This document shows positions 29,109 to 38,745 of a stretch of 64,000 nt of DNA, piece after piece. Position 1 is the stretch's first letter. Every line of letters begins with the position of its first letter. The notes under the pieces were generated by a model, which had not been told where the DNA came from, did no database searches, and saw only the letters and a program-made list of their open reading frames with translations. Source of the DNA: an uncultured Phascolarctobacterium sp. (GTDB lineage Bacteria; Bacillota; Negativicutes; Acidaminococcales; Acidaminococcaceae); NCBI GenBank assembly GCA_949299135.1, contig CASFZG010000010.1, positions 11,093 to 75,092 on the forward strand, given 5' to 3'. The translations under genes and the position numbers were made by a program.

Positions 29109-29323
29109 CCTTTCCGCCCACGGCGATGTAATTTCTGATACATTGTACCACAAATCGGCGGCGATAAAAACGCCTTTGCCAAAATTTTGGCGTGTATTTT
29201 TATTTAATTACTTTTGTTGACATGATTATTTAATAGAGTTACACTAATATCAATATATTAAATATAAAACGGCAGATTTTTAAATGCCGTTACAAAATTA
29301 CTTTGCATTGTGAGGGAAAGCTT

Positions 29324-30184
29324 ATGCAAAAAAATGTCGGCGCAAGGCTGATGTTCAGCGCGGCGATGGTTATCTTCGGCACGCTGGGCGTTTTTACAAG
29401 GAATATCGACGTTACAAGCGGCGAACTGGCGCTGTACCGTGCCGTACTGGCGACGGCGCTTATCGTCGCGTATCTTTTGCTGTTCAATAAAGGCGGGCTG
29501 GGTTTAAAATCCGCCGGGCGCGAGCTGCCGCTTTTATTAGCCTCCGGCATCGCCATGGGCATTAACTGGATTTTGCTGTTTCAGGCGTACCGCTACACTA
29601 CAATTTCCGCAGCAACGCTGAGCTATTACTTTGCCCCCGTCATCGTCACCGTCGCGTCGCCGCTGCTGTTCCGCGAGCGGCTGACCGTCAAACAGATTAT
29701 CTGTTTTGTCATGTCCACGCTGGGTTTAGTGATGATTATCGGCCTTGGCGGTAATGAAAACGCCAATCTGACGGGTATTTTCTTCGGGCTGGGCGCGGCA
29801 GTATTTTACGCCACTGTTATTTTGCTCAACAAATTTATTAAAAACGTCGCCGGAATCCAGCGCACCGTTTTGCAGCTGCTGGCCGCCGTCGTTACCCTTC
29901 TGCCGTATGTGCTGTACAGCAGCGGCATTAACCTCAGCCGGCTGGACGGCACCGGCTGGGCGTGCCTTTTAACCGTCGGCCTGTTCCACACCGGCGTTAC
30001 CTATTGTTTGTATTTCTCCTCGCTGAAGGATTTAACCGGGCAGCAGGCAGCAATTTTAAGCTACATCGACCCGCTCGTTGCCGTCTGCATCTCCGTCCTG
30101 CTTCTGGGCGAACCGATGACCGTAACCCAGCTCATCGGCGGCGCGTTGATACTTGGCTTTACACTGTGGAATGAGAAGGAGTAG
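29324..30184 (+). CDS. DMT/EamA-family transporter
   Basis: 10 TM helices in two repeats; A..LSY..P and G..LILG. Confidence 0.9.
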   Translation: MQKNVGARLMFSAAMVIFGTLGVFTRNIDVTSGELALYRAVLATALIVAYLLLFNKGGLGLKSAGRELPLLLASGIAMGINWILLFQAYRYTTISAATLSYYFAPVIVTVASPLLFRERLTVKQIICFVMSTLGLVMIIGLGGNENANLTGIFFGLGAAVFYATVILLNKFIKNVAGIQRTVLQLLAAVVTLLPYVLYSSGINLSRLDGTGWACLLTVGLFHTGVTYCLYFSSLKDLTGQQAAILSYIDPLVAVCISVLLLGEPMTVTQLIGGALILGFTLWNEKE

Positions 30185-30189
30185 AAATT

Positions 30190-30346
30190 AAACAGGTAAG
30201 GATATGTACTGTAAGGCGACAGTCAAAAACTACGGCGGCTAAATTTAAGGCATTATCCTTCGGGAGTCCGGCCGCGCAGCCCGGACGGAATCGGAGGAGC
30301 CGTAGCATTTTTGCCGAGCCGTAATAGTGCATATCCGTACCTGTTT
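30190..30346 (-). ncRNA. ssrS: Probable 6S RNA (rod-shaped structured RNA)
   Basis: Nested pairings: AAACAGGTA/TACCTGTTT, GGATATGTACT/AGTGCATATCC, CTACGGC/GCCGTAG, GTCCGG/CCGGAC, with a large asymmetric internal bubble. A minus-strand promoter TTGTAG(30379-30374)-17-TATAAC(30356-30351) sits immediately upstream. Confidence 0.6.
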
Positions 30347-30364
30347 TGAAGTTATAACCAAAAC

Positions 30365-30396
30365 AACCCGCCACTACAAACGGCGGGTTATTTTTT
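30365..30396 (-). terminator. Intrinsic terminator-like hairpin overlapping the ncRNA promoter
   Basis: AACCCGCC-actacaaac-GGCGGGTT-ATTTTTT. Confidence 0.6.
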
Positions 30397-31069
30397 ATCT
30401 CGTCAATATCCAGTTAACACCGGCAGCGCTGCGGCTGATAATATCACGGTAATGCCCGCCGGAGTTCAGCTCATAAAAAGCATCTATGCCGAGGCTTTGG
30501 CAGTGCGCAAAAATCGCCTCTGTACAATCCTGCACCGTTTTAAGGTAAGCATTGCGCGCTTTGCACTCCCTGTCGCCCAGCGAAAAATACAAATGCTGCG
30601 GCAGCGCCGCCATTTTATTTGCCAGCGCAAAATCTTTAAACTGCGGATACCACAGCGAACCGCTCATGCTCGCCGCACGGCTGAACAAATTCGTTTTGTA
30701 CAACGCATACACCGTAAACAAACCGGCCAGCGAATACCCCGCCAGGCCGCGCCACAAAACCTGCCCCGGCACATACGCTTCTGCCTGCGGCATAATGCGC
30801 TCCGTCAGCGTTTTTAAATATTCACCCGCACCGCCGGTAAACATCTCGCTGTATTTAAACAAATTACCCGCCGCCCACGGCGATAACTCCGCTTCCCAGT
30901 TCAACCCGCTGATTGTCACCAACGTAAAATCCGGACAGTCCAGTTTCTTTAAAGCGTTATAAGCATCGCCGCCGTCGTCGTTGTACGTCGTTAAATATAC
31001 CACCGGCTTATCTTCCGCCAAAGCAGGATAAACGGTTACTTTTTTGTTGTCGACAGTAAAGCTAAACAT
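30395..31069 (-). CDS. Alpha/beta-hydrolase (putative esterase)
   Basis: GYSLAG nucleophile elbow, S.SGSLW, GD.E, GGH. Confidence 0.85.
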   Translation of the reverse strand: MFSFTVDNKKVTVYPALAEDKPVVYLTTYNDDGGDAYNALKKLDCPDFTLVTISGLNWEAELSPWAAGNLFKYSEMFTGGAGEYLKTLTERIMPQAEAYVPGQVLWRGLAGYSLAGLFTVYALYKTNLFSRAASMSGSLWYPQFKDFALANKMAALPQHLYFSLGDRECKARNAYLKTVQDCTEAIFAHCQSLGIDAFYELNSGGHYRDIISRSAAGVNWILTR

Positions 31070-31098
31070 GATAATGCCTCGATTATTATCCATCTTTT

Positions 31099-32202
31099 TT
31101 AGTCATAACAATTATCATACTCTTTTTTATATTTTGTTAAATAATATTCTAAAATTTCTAATCGTTTGTTATACAAAGTATCATTATTTTCTCTTTGTTC
31201 AATTACTTTTATTTTGTTATTAATCTTTTGAATTTTATCTGCATACTTTTTTCTGTTTTCACTATAATGAAAACTAATAACCCTACATTTCTCTTTACTT
31301 ACTCTCAATAAATTATGATTAGGATTTGTTAAAACATGTTCTATCATCGTTATAAATTTATCTTTGCTAACTTTGTTTTCTTTAAAATCAAAATCTGCTA
31401 TTGTTGCACAAATATAATCTGCAATTCTATTATAGTTATCATAAAATAAATTTTTATCTTTAAATAATTGAGGTGCCGGTAAACCTGCTGTATGTTTTCC
31501 CAATACCATTAAATTTTTTAGTACATTTCTCGTTTCCCATTCATAATGCAAATAATAAAAAAGATTATTTCTATGAACATTATAAAAAATTGAATATACA
31601 CCATCAAAAGCTGTTGTCATATTATCTCTATCAGAAAACCAACCAAAAGCATCGAATAATTTCCCAAAAACAACAGTAAATTTATATTCCATATAGGCAG
31701 CAAAAAAAGCCAGATAAAATATTCTATCAAGAAGCGTTATATTAAAATTTTTCTTTTTCATTTCTTCACGCAAAATTATTATTTTCTTTTTTTCTGGATT
31801 TTGTAAATTTGTCAATAATTCTTCTAAATATGTTTCTATTTGATTTTTTGAAATTGATGCTATCAATTCTTTTTCGTTATCAAGAATAAACGAAACGCTA
31901 AACACCATGTTTGAATTAAATATTTTAATTTTATCTTCATTAATAGTTCTTGTATGTTTTATGTCTTTTTTAATTTTTGAGCCTATCGTTCTGCTTAATG
32001 GTATAAGATATCTTTCAGCTGGAATCAAAACAAAAGTGTAAGTCTTATTAACTTTATCAAAAGAATAATCACTATACATACACCATTTGGGGATGTCTTT
32101 ATGTTTAGAACAAAAAAACATTAAATTAAAATATATTGGCATAAATATCCTGTCAAGATATTTAATTTTTTCTATAAATTCAAATCTTACTTCTTCATTC
32201 AT
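31099..32202 (-). CDS. AT-rich hypothetical protein, possible RNase H-fold (DUF3800-like) nuclease
   Basis: 367-aa ORF with spaced acidic motifs MYSDYS, WFSDRD and RIADYI. The fold call is inference. Confidence 0.55.
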   Translation of the reverse strand: MNEEVRFEFIEKIKYLDRIFMPIYFNLMFFCSKHKDIPKWCMYSDYSFDKVNKTYTFVLIPAERYLIPLSRTIGSKIKKDIKHTRTINEDKIKIFNSNMVFSVSFILDNEKELIASISKNQIETYLEELLTNLQNPEKKKIIILREEMKKKNFNITLLDRIFYLAFFAAYMEYKFTVVFGKLFDAFGWFSDRDNMTTAFDGVYSIFYNVHRNNLFYYLHYEWETRNVLKNLMVLGKHTAGLPAPQLFKDKNLFYDNYNRIADYICATIADFDFKENKVSKDKFITMIEHVLTNPNHNLLRVSKEKCRVISFHYSENRKKYADKIQKINNKIKVIEQRENNDTLYNKRLEILEYYLTKYKKEYDNCYD

Positions 32203-32893
32203 TCAAAGAACCTTTCTGCATATGCTCTTTTAATTTTTTAGTAATTTCTACATAAAGATTTTCAATTTTTTCTTTTGACTCTTTTAAGCCATTCAAATAC
32301 TCTTCTATATTTTCATGTTTTTGATTTCGTGAATCAGCATATTTAATTTTAAAATCAAACAATTCACTATAAAGTTCTTGTGACAGGTTAAATATCTCAT
32401 CAGGAATATATAGTTGATTTTCCAAAGCAAAATTATGAGCAATACTGGTAGAGTTTTCTGCTAAATTATTATTAATGATTGTCATTAGGTTATTAAGCTC
32501 ATCAACTGCACGATTTTTATAGTCTGAATCATAATAACTTAAAATTTTAGTTCGTGTTGCATCTAATATTTTTAATTCTTGCCTATCCATCCATTCAACA
32601 ATATCTTGACGGCTATATGTTGAAAAATCGGGCCAAGATTGCAACCCTACTAAATATAAATTTCTCGCTTTAGCTTCACCATATAACTGATGAAATTTTA
32701 AAAATACTTCATGCTGTTTTTGAGTATATAACTTAAAATTATATTCTAATTTTGCAAACTCATATTTACGCCGCGTTAATTCTTGTTGAATAATTCCGTC
32801 AACAATTTTAGGAAGAAAATATTTTTCAAAAACATAAAATAATAAAACGAAAACTCCCAATGAGCTAAGCAGACTATTTATAACGAATTCCAT
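32195..32893 (-). CDS. AT-rich hypothetical protein with an N-terminal TM helix and coiled coils
   Basis: VINSLLSSLGVFVLLFYVF hydrophobic stretch, then a helical charged region. Overlaps the downstream ORF by 8 bp. Confidence 0.6.
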   Translation of the reverse strand: MEFVINSLLSSLGVFVLLFYVFEKYFLPKIVDGIIQQELTRRKYEFAKLEYNFKLYTQKQHEVFLKFHQLYGEAKARNLYLVGLQSWPDFSTYSRQDIVEWMDRQELKILDATRTKILSYYDSDYKNRAVDELNNLMTIINNNLAENSTSIAHNFALENQLYIPDEIFNLSQELYSELFDFKIKYADSRNQKHENIEEYLNGLKESKEKIENLYVEITKKLKEHMQKGSLNE

Positions 32894-32983
32894 ATTATCA
32901 CCAGCATCTTAGTATAAAAATCTTTAAAATACACTTATTAATTTCAATTTTTCCATTACTCATTTCTAAAACTAAACTATGAC

Positions 32984-33021
32984 TTTCTAAGACTAAATAA
33001 CTTTTTATTTAGTCTTAGAAA
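32984..33021. repeat. Perfect 16-bp AT-rich inverted repeat
   Basis: TTTCTAAGACTAAATA-actttt-TATTTAGTCTTAGAAA. A degenerate direct copy, TTTCTAAAACTAAACTA, is at ~32963. Confidence 0.9.
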
Positions 33022-33034
33022 TAACACAAAATAT

Positions 33035-34447
33035 TTACCCTTTCAACTTATCACACAACGGTAAAATTTCTTCTAATTTATTAACGATACGTTTTTGCTC
33101 AGCAAGTGGGGGCAAAGGAATAAGAACTTTCACTATATTTGATACAGCTAATCCTGGCTGCGCTGTGGCCGTTGCGTATTGATTTAAATTTAATGCTTTA
33201 ATAAAAAACGAACTCCATATAACGTCTGTAAGATTATAATGGTCAACAACAACGGCATGTTCCGTTGCATAAAAATCGCCTTCGGCTATATTAACATTTC
33301 CACATAAAGCACCCTGCCTTCCGATTATGGCATACTTTCCTTGCCTATTATAATTGGAAACATAACCTCTAATTCCATTGCCACCATAACATAAATACTT
33401 ATGTTTTTTATCCTGATCTTCGAAAATATTAGAAGATGTTATATTTTTTCCGGCTTGTAATGTAAAAACTTCCCCCAGCCTCACCCACTTCCAGCTATCG
33501 GGAATTTCAAACGGCTTTTCGTCGTCGGTAATTGCGGGCAGGGGTTTTTCTTTTTTTATTTTGCCTGCTTTGATGAGGTTTTGTTTTTTGGCTTGTATTT
33601 GTTTATAAAGGTCTTCCGCATTGCCTTCCTCCGGGCATTGAGAAACAAGCCTGCCTTGTATGGCAAGCTGCAATACGGATTTTTGCAAATCAACGGGAAA
33701 GCGTTTATTAAGCTGCTGCAATTCGTTGTAGGCTTTTTCGTAGCGTTCAACGTATGGCAACAGTTTTTCTATTTTAGCAACGATACGTTTTTGTTCGGCG
33801 AGCGGAGGGAGCGGTAATAGATAATTTCTTAAATATTTTAGAGAAACAAATGATTGCACTCCACCACTTGCTTTCTTTTTCATTGTATCTTGCTCCTTTT
33901 GCAAATACCAAAAAAGATACAGCATATCAAAAAGCTTGCAATCTATTACCTTGAATAAAGCCATATTTTTAATACAAAATTCTCTATCTTTTTTTACTAA
34001 AACAGGATTACCGATTGTACCAATCATTGCAAAAAGTATATCTCCTGTATCAACAGCAGAACGTATATTAATATTTCTTGCGTCTTCAATAGAGATTAAT
34101 TTTGCCGTTTCGAAATCAATAGTATTATTTATTAAATTTTTACTAGTTACAAGTGGTATCCCATTAATTACATATTTAGGCGTATCGTGCGTTCCATCAC
34201 GCACATCTAATATTTCATATAACCTCACCCATTTCCAACTATTGGGAATTTCAAACGGTTTTTCGTCGTCGGTAATTGCGGGCAGGGGTTTTTCTTTTTT
34301 TATTTTGCCCGCTTTGATGAGGTTTTGCTTTTCGGCTTGTATCTGGTTATAAAGTTCTTCGGCTGTGCCTTCTTCCGCATGCTGCGGCACAAGTTTGCCC
34401 TGTATGGCAAGCTGCAAAATGCTGTTTTTAAGTTCCTGCGGCGTCAT
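33035..34447 (-). CDS. hsdS: Type I R-M specificity subunit
   Basis: Two TRDs, each preceded by EKPFEIP.SWKWVRL and followed by LPPLAEQKRIV. N-terminus is SILQLAIQGKLVPQ. Confidence 0.95.
   Translation of the reverse strand: MTPQELKNSILQLAIQGKLVPQHAEEGTAEELYNQIQAEKQNLIKAGKIKKEKPLPAITDDEKPFEIPNSWKWVRLYEILDVRDGTHDTPKYVINGIPLVTSKNLINNTIDFETAKLISIEDARNINIRSAVDTGDILFAMIGTIGNPVLVKKDREFCIKNMALFKVIDCKLFDMLYLFWYLQKEQDTMKKKASGGVQSFVSLKYLRNYLLPLPPLAEQKRIVAKIEKLLPYVERYEKAYNELQQLNKRFPVDLQKSVLQLAIQGRLVSQCPEEGNAEDLYKQIQAKKQNLIKAGKIKKEKPLPAITDDEKPFEIPDSWKWVRLGEVFTLQAGKNITSSNIFEDQDKKHKYLCYGGNGIRGYVSNYNRQGKYAIIGRQGALCGNVNIAEGDFYATEHAVVVDHYNLTDVIWSSFFIKALNLNQYATATAQPGLAVSNIVKVLIPLPPLAEQKRIVNKLEEILPLCDKLKG
33500..34327. 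repeat. 84-bp direct repeat inside hsdS (33500-33583 and 34244-34327; 2 mismatches)
   Basis: GGGAATTTCAAACGG(C/T)TTTTCGTCGTCGGTAATTGCGGGCAGGGG...GAGGTTTTG. Confidence 0.9.
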
Positions 34448-35922
34448 TTTCCCGCCTCCGTAAGCAGCGCATTTATTTCAGCCAGCACGCGGTCTATTTC
34501 GGCGTTCAGCGATGCGCGCTGTTCCTGATATCGCTGTATTAAATCCATAGGGTCGAGTATTTCTTCTTCTTCATGCGGGTAGCCGCACAAATCAAGGTTA
34601 TAACCAAAATCTTCCGCCAGCTGTTTTACCGTATATTTTTTAGCTTTGTCAAAACCGTCTTCCGCAATTTCGGTGCGGTTATCCCACCAATCTATTACCG
34701 GGGCAAAATGTTCCAGCTTCATGGGTTTTGTTTTGCTGAAATGTTTATAGCCTTCGGGCATGTCAAGGCGGTAAAACCATGTTTCTTCGGTAGGGTGGGT
34801 GTTATCAAAAAATAAAATGTTAGTGGTTATGCTTGTATAGGGCGCAAAAACACTACCCGGCATACGGATTACTGTATGCAGGTTAAATTCGTCCAGCAAT
34901 TTCTTTTTAATATTCACTTTAGCGTTATCTGTGCCGAACAAAAAGCCGTCCGGCAAAATTACGGCAGCCCTGCCATCCCGCTTAAGGCGGTACATAATAA
35001 CGGACATAAACAAATCTGCCGTTTCGCTGCTGGCAAGGTCAGCGGGGAAATTGCTTTTTATTTCATTTTTCTCACTGCCGCCATAGGGCGGATTCATCAG
35101 CACCACATCAAATGCGTCGTCTTCGGTATAGTTAAGAACTTTATGGCGCAAGCTGTTATCATGGTAAACACATGGATTATCGACATCATGCAAAAGCAGG
35201 TTGGTTATACAAAGCATGTAAGGAAACTGCTTTTTCTCGATGCCGTAAATGGAGTTGCTGTATGCTTTGTTGTCATCGGTTGTTAGTATTTGCTTTTTCA
35301 GCTCTTTAAGCCAACTTGTTAAAAAACCGCCTGTACCGCAGGCAAAGTCAGCCATTTTTTCGCCGATTTTGGGTTTAATCATCTGTGCCATAAAATCGGT
35401 TACAGCACGCGGGGTGTAAAATTCGCCGGAAGAACCTGCGCTTTGCAGTTCTTTTAATATGGTTTCGTAAATTTCGCCAAATGCATGAATTTCGTTATAG
35501 TCGCTCAGGTTAAGCTCATCTATTACGTTAATAACCTGCCGAAGCAATACGCCGTCTTTCATGTAGTTGTTGGCGTCGGCAAAGGTGGTTTGCACAATGG
35601 CTTTGTTTACCGGTGTATCTTTGGTAATTTCCAGCTTTTTAAGCGTGGGGAACAAGGTGTTGTTGACAAAATCAAGCAACTGTTCACCCGTCATGGCTTT
35701 GCCGGATTTATCATCGGCTGCCCAGTTTGCCCAACGGCAGTTTTCGGGGATGATTGATTTATAATTATCGTCATCAAATTCCCAATCCTGCTCTTTAGCG
35801 TCGTAGACTTTTAAAAATAAAAGCCAGGTAATCTGTTCTATACGTTGGGCATCGCCGTTAATGCCTGCATCGTTGCGCATAATGTCGCGCAGCCTTTTAA
35901 CAAATCCGGTTAAATTGCTCAT
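34444..35922 (-). CDS. hsdM: Type I R-M methyltransferase (m6A)
   Basis: SGEFYTPR, DFACGTGGFL (SAM motif I), MNPPYGG (motif IV), VILPDGFLFG. Confidence 0.97.
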   Translation of the reverse strand: MSNLTGFVKRLRDIMRNDAGINGDAQRIEQITWLLFLKVYDAKEQDWEFDDDNYKSIIPENCRWANWAADDKSGKAMTGEQLLDFVNNTLFPTLKKLEITKDTPVNKAIVQTTFADANNYMKDGVLLRQVINVIDELNLSDYNEIHAFGEIYETILKELQSAGSSGEFYTPRAVTDFMAQMIKPKIGEKMADFACGTGGFLTSWLKELKKQILTTDDNKAYSNSIYGIEKKQFPYMLCITNLLLHDVDNPCVYHDNSLRHKVLNYTEDDAFDVVLMNPPYGGSEKNEIKSNFPADLASSETADLFMSVIMYRLKRDGRAAVILPDGFLFGTDNAKVNIKKKLLDEFNLHTVIRMPGSVFAPYTSITTNILFFDNTHPTEETWFYRLDMPEGYKHFSKTKPMKLEHFAPVIDWWDNRTEIAEDGFDKAKKYTVKQLAEDFGYNLDLCGYPHEEEEILDPMDLIQRYQEQRASLNAEIDRVLAEINALLTEAGK

Positions 35923-35925
35923 TTA

Positions 35926-38271
35926 TTATCCTACCTCGTCCGTGTAAATTTCGTTTTCAAGTTCCTGCACCGCTTTTAAGTAAGCCTCTTTACTTCCAAA
36001 ATAATTGTTAGTAATTATTTGAGGTTTACCGTATTTTACAAACGGGTCAAGTTTTAAAATTTCTGTGCCTTCAATTTCCTGAATGCCGGTGTTCATATAT
36101 TTATCAAGCAACGCGTCTAAAATCTCCCGCGCGGGGCCGCTGTATTTATTTAAAAAGTCACGCTTTTTAACATTGTTGGCGCGTTCTTTGCGGGTTAAAG
36201 GCTTTTTATCAAACGCCAAATGGCAGATGAAATCAAAATCGTCAACGTCAGCCATGTTCTGGTCTGCCTTTAACTGCTCAAGGTCAATGCCGTTTTTCTC
36301 AAGCAGTTTGTTGATAGCATTTTTGCCTTCTTTGTTTGCTCTCCATTGCCTGATAAATTTATCCAGCGACGCATATTCGCCGATAATATTGCTTTTTGTA
36401 TAGTCAACAATGCTTTCCTGCCGCAGCAGTTTGCCGTTGGCATCATAAACCGATACAGTTTTATGTATTATTTCTACTTTGCAGCCGTCCGGGTTTATGA
36501 TGGGTTTAGGCAAGTACGGCAGCGGCGGGTCTTTAATAATACCACCGCCTTCATTTTCGCCGTGTTCCGGGTAAGCGCCCGGCTTTTTAGGGGTAAAGCT
36601 TTCGTCAATTTCAATCGGTCCGTCCCAATCAGGATCGGCAAAAAGGCGCGTTACATTGCGGAAATCCATTACCACAAAGTGTGTTTTTCCTTCTTTGGGG
36701 CGCAGGCGTGTACCGCGGCCGATAATTTGTTTAAACTCTGTCATGCTGCCAATCATTTCATCAAGTACAATCAGCTTGGTCATTTTGCAATCAGCGCCGG
36801 TGCTGAGCAGCTTGGACGTTGTAGCAATCACCGGATATTTTGCGCTGACTGAGATAAAATAATCCAGCTTGCTTTTGCCGTATTCATCGCTGCCGGTAAT
36901 GCGCACAATGTAGTCGTCGTGGTCTTTGGTTATATCGCTGTTTAAGTTTACCAATGCCTGGCGCATACGTTCCGCAGCGTCTTCCGTTGGGCAAAAAACA
37001 ATAGTTTTTGCCATGCGGTCGGTACTTTTAAGGTAGTTGGTAATTTCAGCGGCAACCTGCATAATGCGGTCTTCGATAATAATGTTATAATCGTAATCAC
37101 TGTTGTTATAAATGCGGTCTTCTATCTCGTTGCCGAAAATATCTTTTTGCCCTTTGAACGGACGCCAGCCATCACCAATGTTGGTGGTAATGTTTATAAC
37201 CTTAAATGGAGCAAGGAAGCCGTCTTCGATACCTTCCTTCAGGCTGTAGGTATAAACCGGTTCGCCAAAGTAGCTTAAATTGGAAACATATTTAGTTTCT
37301 TTCGGCGTTGCCGTCATGCCTATCTGCGTAGCAGAATCAAAATATTCCAAAATTCTGCGCCAGCGGCTTTCTTCCTTGGCAGAACCGCGATGACATTCGT
37401 CAACAATGATTAAATCAAAAAAGTCCGGCGTAAACAGCTTACGAAAATGTTCTTCGTCATTATCGCCAACCAGCTGCTGATAAAGCGAAAAATAAACCTG
37501 ATGAGAGGTTATGGTTGTTTTATCATCTTTGGCGACATTGATTTTATGGATAACGCTTTTCAGCGGCGCAAAATCCTGTTGAATGGACTGGTCAACAAGG
37601 ATATTGCGGTCGGCAAGGTATAAAATTTTGCGTTTTAATTTGCTTTTAAGCAGACGGTAAACAATTTGGAACGCCGTATAAGTTTTACCCGTGCCGGTTG
37701 CCATAACCAGCAAAATACGGTTTTGCCCTTTGGCAATAGCGTCCAAAGTGCGGTTAACGGCAATGCGCTGATAATAACGCGGCGGGTAAGTAGTCTGGCT
37801 GGTGTAATAGGGCTGGTTTATCAATGTTTCCTGCTCGGCATTTAAACCGCGCCCCTGTTTATATCTGGCAATAAGTTCTGCACGGCTGGGGAATTCGTTT
37901 AATTTTAATATGCGCTCTTTTCCCGTTAAAAAGTCGTGTTCGGCAAAGCCATCACCGTTAGAACTGTACGCAAATGGTACGTCCAGCATTTTTGCATACG
38001 CCATCGCCTGCTGCAAGCCGCAAGAAATTCCCTTTTTGTTGTCTTTGGCTTCGACAACGGCAATGGGATTATTGGCGTTGATATACAGCAGGTAATCTGC
38101 CCGTTTGGCAGAGCCGCGGTTGACGATGTTGCCTTTTAAATTGTACTGGCCGTCGGTAATCTGCGTTTCCATGGTAATGCTTTCCGCATCCCATTTGGCT
38201 TCTATTGCCGGAGTTATATAACGGCGTTTGATGTCTTCTTCACTCATATCTTTTTTGGAAAAGGGATTCAT
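35926..38271 (-). CDS. hsdR: Type I R-M restriction subunit (EcoAI/EcoEI-like)
   Basis: RADYLL..VVEAK nuclease motif, MATGTGKT, DECHR, TATP, LSTG.D, QIIGRGTR, EcoEI-type C-terminus. An AGGAGG RBS precedes 38271. Confidence 0.96.
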   Translation of the reverse strand: MNPFSKKDMSEEDIKRRYITPAIEAKWDAESITMETQITDGQYNLKGNIVNRGSAKRADYLLYINANNPIAVVEAKDNKKGISCGLQQAMAYAKMLDVPFAYSSNGDGFAEHDFLTGKERILKLNEFPSRAELIARYKQGRGLNAEQETLINQPYYTSQTTYPPRYYQRIAVNRTLDAIAKGQNRILLVMATGTGKTYTAFQIVYRLLKSKLKRKILYLADRNILVDQSIQQDFAPLKSVIHKINVAKDDKTTITSHQVYFSLYQQLVGDNDEEHFRKLFTPDFFDLIIVDECHRGSAKEESRWRRILEYFDSATQIGMTATPKETKYVSNLSYFGEPVYTYSLKEGIEDGFLAPFKVINITTNIGDGWRPFKGQKDIFGNEIEDRIYNNSDYDYNIIIEDRIMQVAAEITNYLKSTDRMAKTIVFCPTEDAAERMRQALVNLNSDITKDHDDYIVRITGSDEYGKSKLDYFISVSAKYPVIATTSKLLSTGADCKMTKLIVLDEMIGSMTEFKQIIGRGTRLRPKEGKTHFVVMDFRNVTRLFADPDWDGPIEIDESFTPKKPGAYPEHGENEGGGIIKDPPLPYLPKPIINPDGCKVEIIHKTVSVYDANGKLLRQESIVDYTKSNIIGEYASLDKFIRQWRANKEGKNAINKLLEKNGIDLEQLKADQNMADVDDFDFICHLAFDKKPLTRKERANNVKKRDFLNKYSGPAREILDALLDKYMNTGIQEIEGTEILKLDPFVKYGKPQIITNNYFGSKEAYLKAVQELENEIYTDEVG

Positions 38272-38451
38272 AAACTGCCCCTCCTTTGCGCATATTAAGC
38301 AGAACTTTGCCTGTAAAAATTTTGCCTTATTATTATAATTATAGCATAATACAAGGTTATTATAAATCGCTTTATTGATGAAAGGAAAAAGCAAATCATT
38401 TACAGCTATAGTGCTTAAAATTTGCCTTTTGTCACTAAATATGATACTATA

Positions 38452-38473
38452 ATGATATCAAATATAATATCAT
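38452..38473. promoter_or_regulatory. Putative HicB operator
   Basis: ATGATAT-caaatata-ATATCAT inverted repeat overlapping TATAAT-like boxes upstream of hicA. Confidence 0.45.
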
Positions 38474-38493
38474 TTTTGAAAGGGATTCAGCCC

Positions 38494-38729
38494 GTGGGCA
38501 AATTGAAAAACGCTTAAGAGCATTATCCGAAGGAAAAGATTTACCATGGACTAAAGTAGTAACATTACTTAAACATTACGGCGCTAACGTGCAAACACCA
38601 AACAGTGGCAGCCATTTTAAAGTGTTTATAAAAGGCAAACCGCCTTTGATTATACCCGTACACAATGGAAGAATTAAAAAAGTTTATGCAGCAAAAATTG
38701 CAGAGTATTTAAATGAATTTATCAATTAA
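38494..38729 (+). pseudogene. hicA: HicA mRNA-interferase toxin, frameshifted near its start
   Basis: GTG GGC AAA TTG AAA AAC GCT TAA stops after 7 codons. The shifted frame reads RLRALSEGKDLPW..V..LLKHYG.....NSGSHFKV.......IIPVHNGRIKKVYA..I, with the HicA GSH and IPVH motifs. Not in the ORF track. Confidence 0.8.
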
Positions 38730-38745
38730 CATGATTGTGGGGTGA

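Noticed and set aside
30159-30374. 71-aa minus-strand ORF
   Set aside because: Coincides with the highly self-complementary ncRNA; no RBS, and the promoter position leaves no room for a leader.
33035-34447. hsdS inversion (shufflon) locus
   Set aside because: Only one hsdS, no silent TRD copies, no adjacent recombinase, and the internal repeats are direct rather than inverted.
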